This document shows positions 39,639 through 51,149 of a DNA stretch of 64,000 nt, piece by piece. The position numbers were made by a program, and so were the translations under genes. The number at the start of each line of letters is the position of its first letter. Positions within the stretch are counted from its first letter, which is position 1. This DNA is from Oculina patagonica (taxonomy: Eukaryota). Below the pieces are notes generated by a model, which was not told the DNA's origin, ran no database searches, and worked only from the letters and a program-made list of their open reading frames with translations. The DNA is taken from the NCBI RefSeq assembly GCF_052425735.1, contig NC_135760.1:25606001-25670000 (forward strand), written 5' to 3'.

Positions 39639-40750
39639 TCACTTAAGAGCAGACATCAGGAATTTGAACAGGTGCCAGCCTGCTGAACCAATCTTCTTCG
39701 AGGAGCCCAACCAGTCATCCCTTTCATGAGTTGGGGAAGATCGCTTAAAGAACTTGCCATCGAAGACGCCATACAAATCACCATCCGCCATGAAGAAAAG
39801 CTTATGAAAACGGTTCCAACCAGTCGCGCCAATGAGCGTGGATGATCCGAGCCAGTTATCATTCCCAGCTGTGGGAGGGCTTCTTTTATGAAACTTGCCG
39901 TTTTTAAAGACGCCGTATAAGATTCCCTCTGGATCGAAGAAAAGGAATTTGAAGAAAGACCATCCATGCGTTCCCACCAGTGTGGCAGTTCCAATCCAGT
40001 TGTCACTACCGTATGCTGGCGGGAGCCTCTTGTAAAACTTGTCGTTGTAAACGCCATAGAGCATTCCTTCAGGATCAAAGAAAAGGAACTGGAAGCCATT
40101 CCATCCAGTATAAGTATAATCCTCTTCGCGCCTAGGAGGCACATAAGGCTGAGACCAGAGATTTCCATTGCTCCCTTTCCATGGCTACCTTCTCAAGTTC
40201 TTTCCACGTCTTCCCTGCTGTTTTCATTTCTGCCTCGATCGTCCTCCTCCAAGTCTCCCGTGGACGTCCTTTCTTCCTTCTTCCACTATCCGGTGTCCAT
40301 CTTAATGCAGTTCGTGTTATGCTATCTCGGCCTTTCCTGATGACATGCCCTAGCCACCTCCATCTTCTTTGCTTTATTACCATGGCGATGTCCCGTTGTC
40401 CTGTCCTTTGATAGAGTTCCTTGTTTGTGATCTTCTGGGGCCAGTATATCCTGCATATCTTTCTCAGGCATGAAGTGTGGAAACCTGACGTTCCGACAAT
40501 CGTGGCTTTGGCGACCCAATCCGCAGCCGAAGAGCCATCGGGGGGAGGTCCTTTGTAGAACTTGCCATTCAGCAGCACTCCATGTAAGGTACCATCTGGG
40601 TGGAAGAACAGAAACTTGAAGTCGTCCCAACCTTTTGACCCTAGGACTGTGGCTGATCCAATCCAGTTGTCGCTGGCATACTTGGGAGGAGTTCTCGCGT
40701 AAAGTTTACCACCAAAAACTCCAAACAACAGATTCTCGCCAACTGAGGAG
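39639..40750 (-). pseudogene. Tachylectin-2-like lectin B, copy disrupted by a LINE insertion
   Basis: Colinear with 34089-34821 except for a 379-bp insert at 40108-40486. Confidence 0.9.
40108..40486 (-). mobile_element. 5'-truncated RTE-clade LINE (ORF C-terminus, short 3' UTR, (TTATAC)2 tail)
   Basis: CLRKICRIYW...RRWRWLGHVIR...GRPRETWRR...QWKSLVSALCAS is typical of RTE ORF ends. No TSD longer than 1 bp. Confidence 0.85.
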
Positions 40751-40813
40751 CTGAAAGAAACAATTCAAGCAGGAAATATTACATATGAAAACTAATTGAC
40801 CTCCACTGTACTG

Positions 40814-41176
40814 TATGGTGGCCTAGGCGTGCCACAGAAGAATTGTACATTATTTTAAGACTTCTTTAATGATTTTCTAATTTGATTCAATGTGTTGCAT
40901 ATTTTATTGTCTATTTATTATTATTTTTGTTATATATTGTTTGCTTTTCAGTTTTTGATATAGTTTTGTTTTGTAAATTATTGTTATTCGATTTCAGTAT
41001 TAATTGCTTTTCAGTTTTTGATATAGTTTTGTTTTGTAAATTATTGTTATTCAATTTCAGTTTCAATTCAATTTCAGTTCAAAACGAGTTTTATTTTGTT
41101 TTATTTCGTCTCAGTTTTGTTTTTCAAAAGAAAACTGAACTGCATCATGGCCTATGAGTGCCATAGCCCACAATGC
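40814..41176 (+). repeat. 363-bp terminal inverted repeat (also 43477-43839 and 46137-46499; inverted at 52455-52817 and 56479-56841)
   Basis: One left/right mismatch noticed. Contains two ~63-bp tandem units and an inner imperfect palindrome (41142-41176). Confidence 0.95.
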
Positions 41177-41227
41177 CAAGCACGCATGTTGAGGTGCTTC
41201 CCCAAAAGGCATCGCGCGTAATTCAAA

Positions 41228-43476
41228 ATGGCTGAGCGTATTAGGAACGCCGAATGGCAGAATGACGATGCTTTAAGACAAGATCTGGAGAAGTATGTTC
41301 GCAGGAATCTGAGAAGAAATGAAATTCTAGATTTTGTAAGTTTAGACTATCCAATGTATGCGTGGAGTTTAAGAAGCCTTTGTAGAAGGCTCCAGTATTT
41401 TGACCTCAAGTACACAGACTATGGAGTAGAAGTTAGCGATGTGCAAGAAGCTGTTAAAAAGGAGTTGCAAGGTCCTGGTATGCTTTTAGGTTACCGAGCA
41501 ATGCAACAGAAGGTGCGTGAGGTTCATGGTCTAAATGTTCCTCGTGATTTGGTGTACGCGGCGATGGGAGAAGCTGACCCGGATGGACTCAAATCAAGAG
41601 GCGGAGTGGGGCAATCAAATAGACCACAACGATTGAATGCATTTGTCACAGGTGTAAGTTGCCATTAGTTTCATATCGTGCAACCTATTATTTACAGGTG
41701 GGGGGGGGGGGGGGGGGGCTATGAAAAATTGGGGGTGGGCCACTATTTTTCCACATTACAAAAAAGGTGGGTCTGGAAAATTAACGACCGCATTAGGGGT
41801 GGGTCATGGTCAAAATAAATTATTCATTTAACAGCATCTATAACAGTGCAAACATATTCAATCAGGATGCCTAAAGCAGCATTTCTGAGGTGCTAAAAAT
41901 CTAAATTTTCCTGGGGAACATCCTCCAAACCCCCTACTTTGTCATGTACAATCATTATTAACTCAAAACCACCACCTATTGTTATCCCTTTAAACTGCAG
42001 AGACTACATCTACAATGGTTAAAATAATTCCACCTGAATGCCTAAAATAGTATTTAGGAGTTTCTAGAAAATCTAAATTTTCCCGGGGACCATCCAGGCC
42101 CCGAACCCCTCTACTTTGCATGGGCTCCTGACTTTGCTTTGTACAGACATCAAAACCACCAACTATTAGTGTCCTTTTAAACTGCAGAGAATATATCTGC
42201 AACAAAAATTGTACCATAATGCCCTAAAATTCATTTCAAGGACTCTAACACTGTTATGATCCAAACTTTGATCTCGAAATGTTTCTGGAGATTCTGACTA
42301 AAATGATAAGCCAGTGTTTCCTGTAAACATATCTACATTTATTTACTGATGTTGGTTGGTGGGTGGGCCACTAGGTTTTTCTGTGTCACTCCAGGGGTGG
42401 GCCACCCCTATTTTGTTCAAATAATTCATAGCCCACCTCCCCACCCTGTACTTTTTGACTGGTCCCTAAGAGACCAAAAAATTAAAGGAGCAATTTTCTT
42501 AACATATTTGCTGTGTGCTTTTTTCAATAATAACGACCTGACTGTACTATGTCATGTGATGGACATGATAAACTTTGTGGGTACCAAAAGTCAATGTTTC
42601 CTTTGTGTATTTACGGAGGATTAGATACCTACAGTGGAAGAGTTAATTTCCTGCGAGTGTGGACCTCAAACAACAACCCCAAGGTTATAGGAAGGTTCTA
42701 TTTTGAATATCTGTTTGAATCTAGAGGTAAGGGGCAACATTGTAGAAGGCAAATCATGTCTCAGTTAAACTTGTCAACCCTCTAAAAATTCAATTTGGTG
42801 TCATGATGTTTATCAGAAACCTGGAATATTAGTTTCAAATAACAGTGAACAAAATGCAAACACATAAAATAGTATTCTATAGATCTATATTAATCCTTTG
42901 TGTGCTTGAAAGTTGAATGAAAATTTTACCAGTTATAAGAATGTGTTTTTTAGAACATGTCATTTACTGCCAGTGAGTTCCATGTAGTGAAAAACTGTGA
43001 ACAAGGTCTTGAAAATGCTTCCCCCAGGTGCAAAAATTATGCTAGTGAACTAATCTGTCCCCCTCCCCCTAAGCAGTGTCGCGTTTTGACAGTGGAATGC
43101 ATATTAGTACACAAACAAATCTTTACCTTTGTTTTTCAACATTGTTTGGGTTGGGGGGGGAGAGGTTCGCCCAATTTGCAGGAATAATTGAGTTTAGAGT
43201 AATACTACATTGTTAATGTTCTTTTATTTACTGTTTATGTACATTTTCCTGCAGTTCTGCCCGAGACATTACGGATAGACAGGGGTACCGAAACTGATGT
43301 TATGGCAACAATCCATTGCTTTCTTAGAGAAAAACAAGGCGATTTAGAGAAATCTACAGATGCGGTACTATATGGGCCCTCAACCCAAAATAAAATAGAA
43401 AGGTGGTGGCGGGAGCTTTTGGAAAGAATGGAGAGATATTTTAAAGATCAGCTAAAATCATTAGTAGAATGTGGTG
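41228..43476 (+). pseudogene. Transposase exons 1-3 of the outer copy, interrupted in exon 3; the remainder resumes at 52824-53506
   Basis: ...LVECG reads into the next TIR (VWWPRR...stop). The matching EYDASDQTDR sequence resumes after 52817. Confidence 0.85.
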
Positions 43477-46136
43477 TATGGTGGCCTAGGCGTGCCACAG
43501 AAGAATTGTACATTATTTTAAGACTTCTTTAATGATTTTCTAATTTGATTCAATGTGTTGCATATTTTATTGTCTATTTATTATTATTTTTGTTATATAT
43601 TGTTTGCTTTTCAGTTTTTGATATAGTTTTGTTTTGTAAATTATTGTTATTCGATTTCAGTATTAATTGCTTTTCAGTTTTTGATATAGTTTTGTTTTGT
43701 AAATTATTGTTATTCAATTTCAGTTTCAATTCAATTTCAGTTCAAAACGAGTTTTATTTTGTTTTATTTCGTCTCAGTTTTGTTTTTCAAAAGAAAACTG
43801 AACTGCATCATGGCCTATGAGTGCCATAGCCCACAATGCCAAGCACGCATGTTGAGGTGCTTCCCCAAAAGGCATCGCGCGTAATTCAAAATGGCTGAGC
43901 GTATTAGGAACGCCGAATGGCAGAATGACGATGCTTTAAGACAAGATCTGGAGAAGTATGTTCGCAGGAATCTGAGAAGAAATGAAATTCTAGATTTTGT
44001 AAGTTTAGACTATCCAATGTATGCGTGGAGTTTAAGAAGCCTTTGTAGAAGGCTCCAGTATTTTGACCTCAAGTACACAGACTATGGAGTAGAAGTTAGC
44101 GATGTGCAAGAAGCTGTTAAAAAGGAGTTGCAAGGTCCTGGTATGCTTTTAGGTTACCGAGCAATGCAACAGAAGGTGCGTGAGGTTCATGGTCTAAATG
44201 TTCCTCGTGATTTGGTGTACGCGGCGATGGGAGAAGCTGACCCGGATGGACTCAAATCAAGAGGCGGAGTGGGGCAATCAAATAGACCACAACGATTGAA
44301 TGCATTTGTCACAGGTGTAAGTTGCCATTAGTTTCATATCGTGCAACCTATTATTTACAGGTGGGGGGGGGGGGGGGGCTATGAAAAATTGGGGGTGGGC
44401 CACTATTTTTCCACATTACAAAAAAGGTGGGTCTGGAAAATTAACGACCGCATTAGGGGTGGGTCATGGTCAAAATAAATTATTCATTTAACAGCATCTA
44501 TAACAGTGCAAACATATTCAATCAGGATGCCTAAAGCAGCATTTCTGAGGTGCTAAAAATCTAAATTTTCCTGGGGAACATCCTCCAAACCCCCTACTTT
44601 GTCATGTACAATCATTATTAACTCAAAACCACCACCTATTGTTATCCCTTTAAACTGCAGAGACTACATCTACAATGGTTAAAATAATTCCACCTGAATG
44701 CCTAAAATAGTATTTAGGAGTTTCTAGAAAATCTAAATTTTCCCGGGGACCATCCAGGCCCCGAACCCCTCTACTTTGCATGGGCTCCTGACTTTGCTTT
44801 GTACAGACATCAAAACCACCAACTATTAGTGTCCTTTTAAACTGCAGAGAATATATCTGCAACAAAAATTGTACCATAATGCCCTAAAATTCATTTCAAG
44901 GACTCTAACACTGTTATGATCCAAACTTTGATCTCGAAATGTTTCTGGAGATTCTGACTAAAATGATAAGCCAGTGTTTCCTGTAAACATATCTACATTT
45001 ATTTACTGATGTTGGTTGGTGGGTGGGCCACTAGGTTTTTCTGTGTCACTCCAGGGGTGGGCCACCCCTATTTTGTTCAAATAATTCATAGCCCACCTCC
45101 CCACCCTGTACTTTTTGACTGGTCCCTAAGAGACCAAAAAATTAAAGGAGCAATTTTCTTAACATATTTGCTGTGTGCTTTTTTCAATAATAACGACCTG
45201 ACTGTACTATGTCATGTGATGGACATGATAAACTTTGTGGGTACCAAAAGTCAATGTTTCCTTTGTGTATTTACGGAGGATTAGATACCTACAGTGGAAG
45301 AGTTAATTTCCTGCGAGTGTGGACCTCAAACAACAACCCCAAGGTTATAGGAAGGTTCTATTTTGAATATCTGTTTGAATCTAGAGGTAAGGGGCAACAT
45401 TGTAGAAGGCAAATCATGTCTCAGTTAAACTTGTCAACCCTCTAAAAATTCAATTTGGTGTCATGATGTTTATCAGAAACCTGGAATATTAGTTTCAAAT
45501 AACAGTGAACAAAATGCAAACACATAAAATAGTATTCTATAGATCTATATTAATCCTTTGTGTGCTTGAAAGTTGAATGAAAATTTTACCAGTTATAAGA
45601 ATGTGTTTTTTAGAACATGTCATTTACTGCCAGTGAGTTCCATGTAGTGAAAAACTGTGAACAAGGTCTTGAAAATGCTTCCCCCAGGTGCAAAAATTAT
45701 GCTAGTGAACTAATCTGTCCCCCTCCCCCTAAGCAGTGTCGCGTTTTGACAGTGGAATGCATATTAGTACACAAACAAATCTTTACCTTTGTTTTTCAAC
45801 ATTGTTTGGGTTGGGGGGGGAGAGGTTCGCCCAATTTGCAGGAATAATTGAGTTTAGAGTAATACTACATTGTTAATGTTCTTTTATTTACTGTTTATGT
45901 ACATTTTCCTGCAGTTCTGCCCGAGACATTACGGATAGACAGGGGTACCGAAACTGATGTTATGGCAACAATCCATTGCTTTCTTAGAGAAAAACAAGGC
46001 GATTTAGAGAAATCTACAGATGCGGTACTATATGGGCCCTCAACCCAAAATAAAATAGAAAGGTGGTGGCGGGAGCTTTTGGAAAGAATGGAGAGATATT
46101 TTAAAGATCAGCTAAAATCATTAGTAGAATGTGGTG
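43477..46136 (+). mobile_element. Extra left half of the element (TIR plus transposase exons 1-3) with no matching right half
   Basis: 2,660-bp near-perfect tandem repeat of 40814-43476, ending in the same GTGGTG. Confidence 0.85.
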
Positions 46137-46550
46137 TATGGTGGCCTAGGCGTGCCACAGAAGAATTGTACATTATTTTAAGACTTCTTTAATGATTTTC
46201 TAATTTGATTCAATGTGTTGCATATTTTATTGTCTATTTATTATTATTTTTGTTATATATTGTTTGCTTTTCAGTTTTTGATATAGTTTTGTTTTGTAAA
46301 TTATTGTTATTCGATTTCAGTATTAATTGCTTTTCAGTTTTTGATATAGTTTTGTTTTGTAAATTATTGTTATTCAATTTCAGTTTCAATTCAATTTCAG
46401 TTCAAAACGAGTTTTATTTTGTTTTATTTCGTCTCAGTTTTGTTTTTCAAAAGAAAACTGAACTGCATCATGGCCTATGAGTGCCATAGCCCACAATGCC
46501 AAGCACGCATGTTGAGGTGCTTCCCCAAAAGGCATCGCGCGTAATTCAAA

Positions 46551-49481
46551 ATGGCTGAGCGTATTAGGAACGCCGAATGGCAGAATGACGATGCTTTAAG
46601 ACAAGATCTGGAGAAGTATGTTCGCAGGAATCTGAGAAGAAATGAAATTCTAGATTTTGTAAGTTTAGACTATCCAATGTATGCGTGGAGTTTAAGAAGC
46701 CTTTGTAGAAGGCTCCAGTATTTTGACCTCAAGTACACAGACTATGGAGTAGAAGTTAGCGATGTGCAAGAAGCTGTTAAAAAGGAGTTGCAAGGTCCTG
46801 GTATGCTTTTAGGTTACCGAGCAATGCAACAGAAGGTGCGTGAGGTTCATGGTCTAAATGTTCCTCGTGATTTGGTGTACGCGGCGATGGGAGAAGCTGA
46901 CCCGGATGGACTCAAATCAAGAGGCGGAGTGGGGCAATCAAATAGACCACAACGATTGAATGCATTTGTCACAGGTGTAAGTTGCCATTAGTTTCATATC
47001 GTGCAACCTATTATTTACAGGTGGGGGGGGGGGGGGGCTATGAAAAATTGGGGGTGGGCCACTATTTTTCCACATTACAAAAAAGGTGGGTCTGGAAAAT
47101 TAACGACCGCATTAGGGGTGGGTCATGGTCAAAATAAATTATTCATTTAACAGCATCTATAACAGTGCAAACATATTCAATCAGGATGCCTAAAGCAGCA
47201 TTTCTGAGGTGCTAAAAATCTAAATTTTCCTGGGGAACATCCTCCAAACCCCCTACTTTGTCATGTACAATCATTATTAACTCAAAACCACCACCTATTG
47301 TTATCCCTTTAAACTGCAGAGACTACATCTACAATGGTTAAAATAATTCCACCTGAATGCCTAAAATAGTATTTAGGAGTTTCTAGAAAATCTAAATTTT
47401 CCCGGGGACCATCCAGGCCCCGAACCCCTCTACTTTGCATGGGCTCCTGACTTTGCTTTGTACAGACATCAAAACCACCAACTATTAGTGTCCTTTTAAA
47501 CTGCAGAGAATATATCTGCAACAAAAATTGTACCATAATGCCCTAAAATTCATTTCAAGGACTCTAACACTGTTATGATCCAAACTTTGATCTCGAAATG
47601 TTTCTGGAGATTCTGACTAAAATGATAAGCCAGTGTTTCCTGTAAACATATCTACATTTATTTACTGATGTTGGTTGGTGGGTGGGCCACTAGGTTTTTC
47701 TGTGTCACTCCAGGGGTGGGCCACCCCTATTTTGTTCAAATAATTCATAGCCCACCTCCCCACCCTGTACTTTTTGACTGGTCCCTAAGAGACCAAAAAA
47801 TTAAAGGAGCAATTTTCTTAACATATTTGCTGTGTGCTTTTTTCAATAATAACGACCTGACTGTACTATGTCATGTGATGGACATGATAAACTTTGTGGG
47901 TACCAAAAGTCAATGTTTCCTTTGTGTATTTACGGAGGATTAGATACCTACAGTGGAAGAGTTAATTTCCTGCGAGTGTGGACCTCAAACAACAACCCCA
48001 AGGTTATAGGAAGGTTCTATTTTGAATATCTGTTTGAATCTAGAGGTAAGGGGCAACATTGTAGAAGGCAAATCATGTCTCAGTTAAACTTGTCAACCCT
48101 CTAAAAATTCAATTTGGTGTCATGATGTTTATCAGAAACCTGGAATATTAGTTTCAAATAACAGTGAACAAAATGCAAACACATAAAATAGTATTCTATA
48201 GATCTATATTAATCCTTTGTGTGCTTGAAAGTTGAATGAAAATTTTACCAGTTATAAGAATGTGTTTTTTAGAACATGTCATTTACTGCCAGTGAGTTCC
48301 ATGTAGTGAAAAACTGTGAACAAGGTCTTGAAAATGCTTCCCCCAGGTGCAAAAATTATGCTAGTGAACTAATCTGTCCCCCTCCCCCTAAGCAGTGTCG
48401 TGTTTTGACAGTGGAATGCATATTAGTACACAAACAAATCTTTACCTTTGTTTTTCAACATTGTTTGGGTTGGGGGGGGGGGAGAGGTTCGCCCAATTTG
48501 CAGGAATAATTGAGTTTAGAGTAATACTACATTGTTAATGTTCTTTTATTTACTGTTTATGTACATTTTCCTGCAGTTCTGCCCGAGACATTACGGATAG
48601 ACAGGGGTACCGAAACTGATGTTATGGCAACAATCCATTGCTTTCTTAGAGAAAAACAAGGCGATTTAGAGAAATCTACAGATGCGGTACTATATGGGCC
48701 CTCAACCCAAAATAAAATAGAAAGGTGGTGGCGGGAGCTTTTGGAAAGAATGGAGAGATATTTTAAAGATCAGCTAAAATCATTAGTAGAATGTGGTGAA
48801 TATGATGCTAGTGATCAAACAGACAGGTATGTACATGTATGTATTTCATAGTGAACTTACTTACAATTCTAACATGGTACTAGAGAGAATTTCATAAAGG
48901 TGTGAAAACCTAGTAACCAATTAGAAGTAAGCTTCCATGCCAAATAGGAAATAGTAATGCATGAAAGGATTCCAGAGGTTTCACTAGCCTTTGAAACAAG
49001 CAGTCTTTGGTACCTTCAAATTCTTGAAACTGAGGTTTCCTTTTGATTTTGGGAGTACTGGAGGCCAAACTTGTATTTTTTGTAACTGTTTGTATACTTT
49101 ACATCTACCCTTAGGGACCTTCTAGCATATGTCTATATCCCTGTCATTCAAAAGGAGCTCGATGTTTTCAGAAAGTGTGTGTGGAATAACCACAGGAGCA
49201 GGAAGCAGAGGGGAAAAGAACTTCCATCAGGAGTGCCTGAGCATATTTACCACTTCCCTGAACAATATGGTGGACAAAAATGTGGCATCAAGGTCACAGA
49301 AGAACAGTTACTTGAAGTTGCTGAGTTTTCTAAAGTTCTTGAGGAAAATGATGATTATCTAAAGCCATCCGTCCGACAAGAGTGTCAGCGACATGTACCA
49401 GATGCCAATGACATAGATCCAGAAGATGCAAAGGTTGCTTACCTTTTTCTACGATCTCATATCAATAAAAATGCATTTTAA
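46551..49481 (+). CDS. DDE integrase-family (IS3/IS481-like) transposase, ~410 aa, 4 exons (46551-46976, ~47853-48045, 48577-48826, 49115-49481)
   Basis: Motifs GPGMLLGYRAM, SCDGHDKL (D1), LRIDRGTE (D2), STQNKIERWW (E) and WNNHR. Introns 2 and 3 are canonical and in phase. The intron 1 acceptor lacks AG. Confidence 0.85.
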
Positions 49482-50029
49482 AACTGCTATATGAATTGGT
49501 CAAAATGTCCATAATTTTAAATTGGTTTGATAATATGATGTAATCCCACATCAGTTGGAGAGTTCATAGAAGGTCTGTGTTAAATTAGCCTGTATAGCTG
49601 CCCTAAAGGGGAGGGGAAAAGGGGTATTTTCCTCCCTCCCCCTCCCCTATGAGCTTGCTATGATGGCTAGTGCTAAATATACAGGTAAACGTTCAAAGTA
49701 CCTACTGGTAACTTATATGACCTCATGCAGTGACAGGGAATTGTTAAGACATCAATGGAAATAGTGTATAAGGAAATAAACAATGCTGGAATTAGTAAAT
49801 GTTATATTAAAACCCCATCATATACACTGACAATTATATTCAGTAATTCTTGAAGTTGCTGAACTATCCCATGTCCTTGAAGACTGATGATTTTTTGAAT
49901 CCAAGTGAACAAAGAGAGTGTCAGCAACATTTGCCAGATATCAATAACATACCTCTTTTTAAAATCGCATGTCAATAAACATGTATTTTGAAATTGCTGT
50001 CTTGAGTTAAAGATAAGGCCCAGTAACAA

Positions 50030-50205
50030 CAGTGGAACCCCGATATAACGATCTTCGATATAACGATATTCCCGATATAACGATGAATATGTTATGTCCC
50101 GGCAATAGTAAAATGTATGGGATGGAACCCCGATATAACGATTTCTCGATATAACGATATAATTTTACTGCCCCCTTGGCATATCGTTATATCGGGGTTC
50201 CACTG
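50030..50205. mobile_element. 176-bp pogo/Tigger-like MITE (CAGTGGAACCCCGATATAACG TIRs) carried inside the transposon; second copy at 54055-54230
   Basis: Perfect >20-bp TIRs, internal CGATATAACGA repeats and AA flanks. Confidence 0.85.
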
Positions 50206-51149
50206 AATTAACCTATTGTAGCTGATCACTTCCAACCAAGCTAGCACTCAGGTGTATGGTACCTGTGGCAGGTTATATAATTGTTTTCATGGTTACTAAT
50301 CCATTTTCACATCAAATTCTGTTGAAGTTGAGGAAGATTTTCATAACAAAGACTCTAGAACTTGCTTGAACTCTACTTTTGTCATCTTAGGTTGTTCAAC
50401 AGACCAGCATTTCATGACTTGCACATTGTATAAGAATTGTCTGTTGTTTTTTTTTTTTTTTTTGGCATCGAAAAATAACCCAACTGCTCAGTAATAGTTC
50501 TTTTTCAGGAAACATTGCTTATTTGTAAACCTACATCCTCATGCATGACAAGGATGAAGATATGGTAAAAAAAATCAGATCATTCAATCAGGCTTCTTTC
50601 ATAACTCCTATATAACCGTTTTTATTACATGCAATATACTTACAAAAGTGGCTTATTCAAAATTATCTGGATGATGTTTAGTGTCCTTTAACCAAGCTGT
50701 AGGCTAACATTATCTTGACAGTTTTTGACATGTCTTATAACTGGCCATGCAATCAGGTATATTGCTTGTTAAATTATCATAACTATAAACTATAAACTCT
50801 AACATGTAACGCATTAACAAGCTATAACAATTAAAAGCTGAGATTTGATTTTTACTACAAGTCTACAAGTCCTTCCTTTCTTTTAACTTGTAGGTACATC
50901 AAAAAAATTCCAGCCTGTGTATATATATACCTAACAGTTCTTTTATACGTAACAATTTAAATCTCGAAAGGAAAACAATAACTCAACACCAAATAGAAAA
51001 ACTTATGGCCTTTTCCGAAAAATAGGCAATGTGTGAAAACAATATTTTCTTTGCATGCACAGTTCACTTACAAAGCACATTAAAAAATACTTGTATAAAA
51101 GATAGACAGTTCGCAACAGCATAATCAGTACTTCAGTTACTTACTGTTT

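Noticed and set aside
40882-41157. Five copies of a hydrophobic 91-aa ORF (MIQCVAYF...)
   Set aside because: Lies inside the T-rich TIR, has a TTG start, and its internal repeat is just the TIR tandem unit. No protein signal.
43471-46142. Two independent insertions at the same nucleotide (site-specific self-targeting)
   Set aside because: This would leave three right halves but only two exist, and shared variants favour tandem duplication of one left half.
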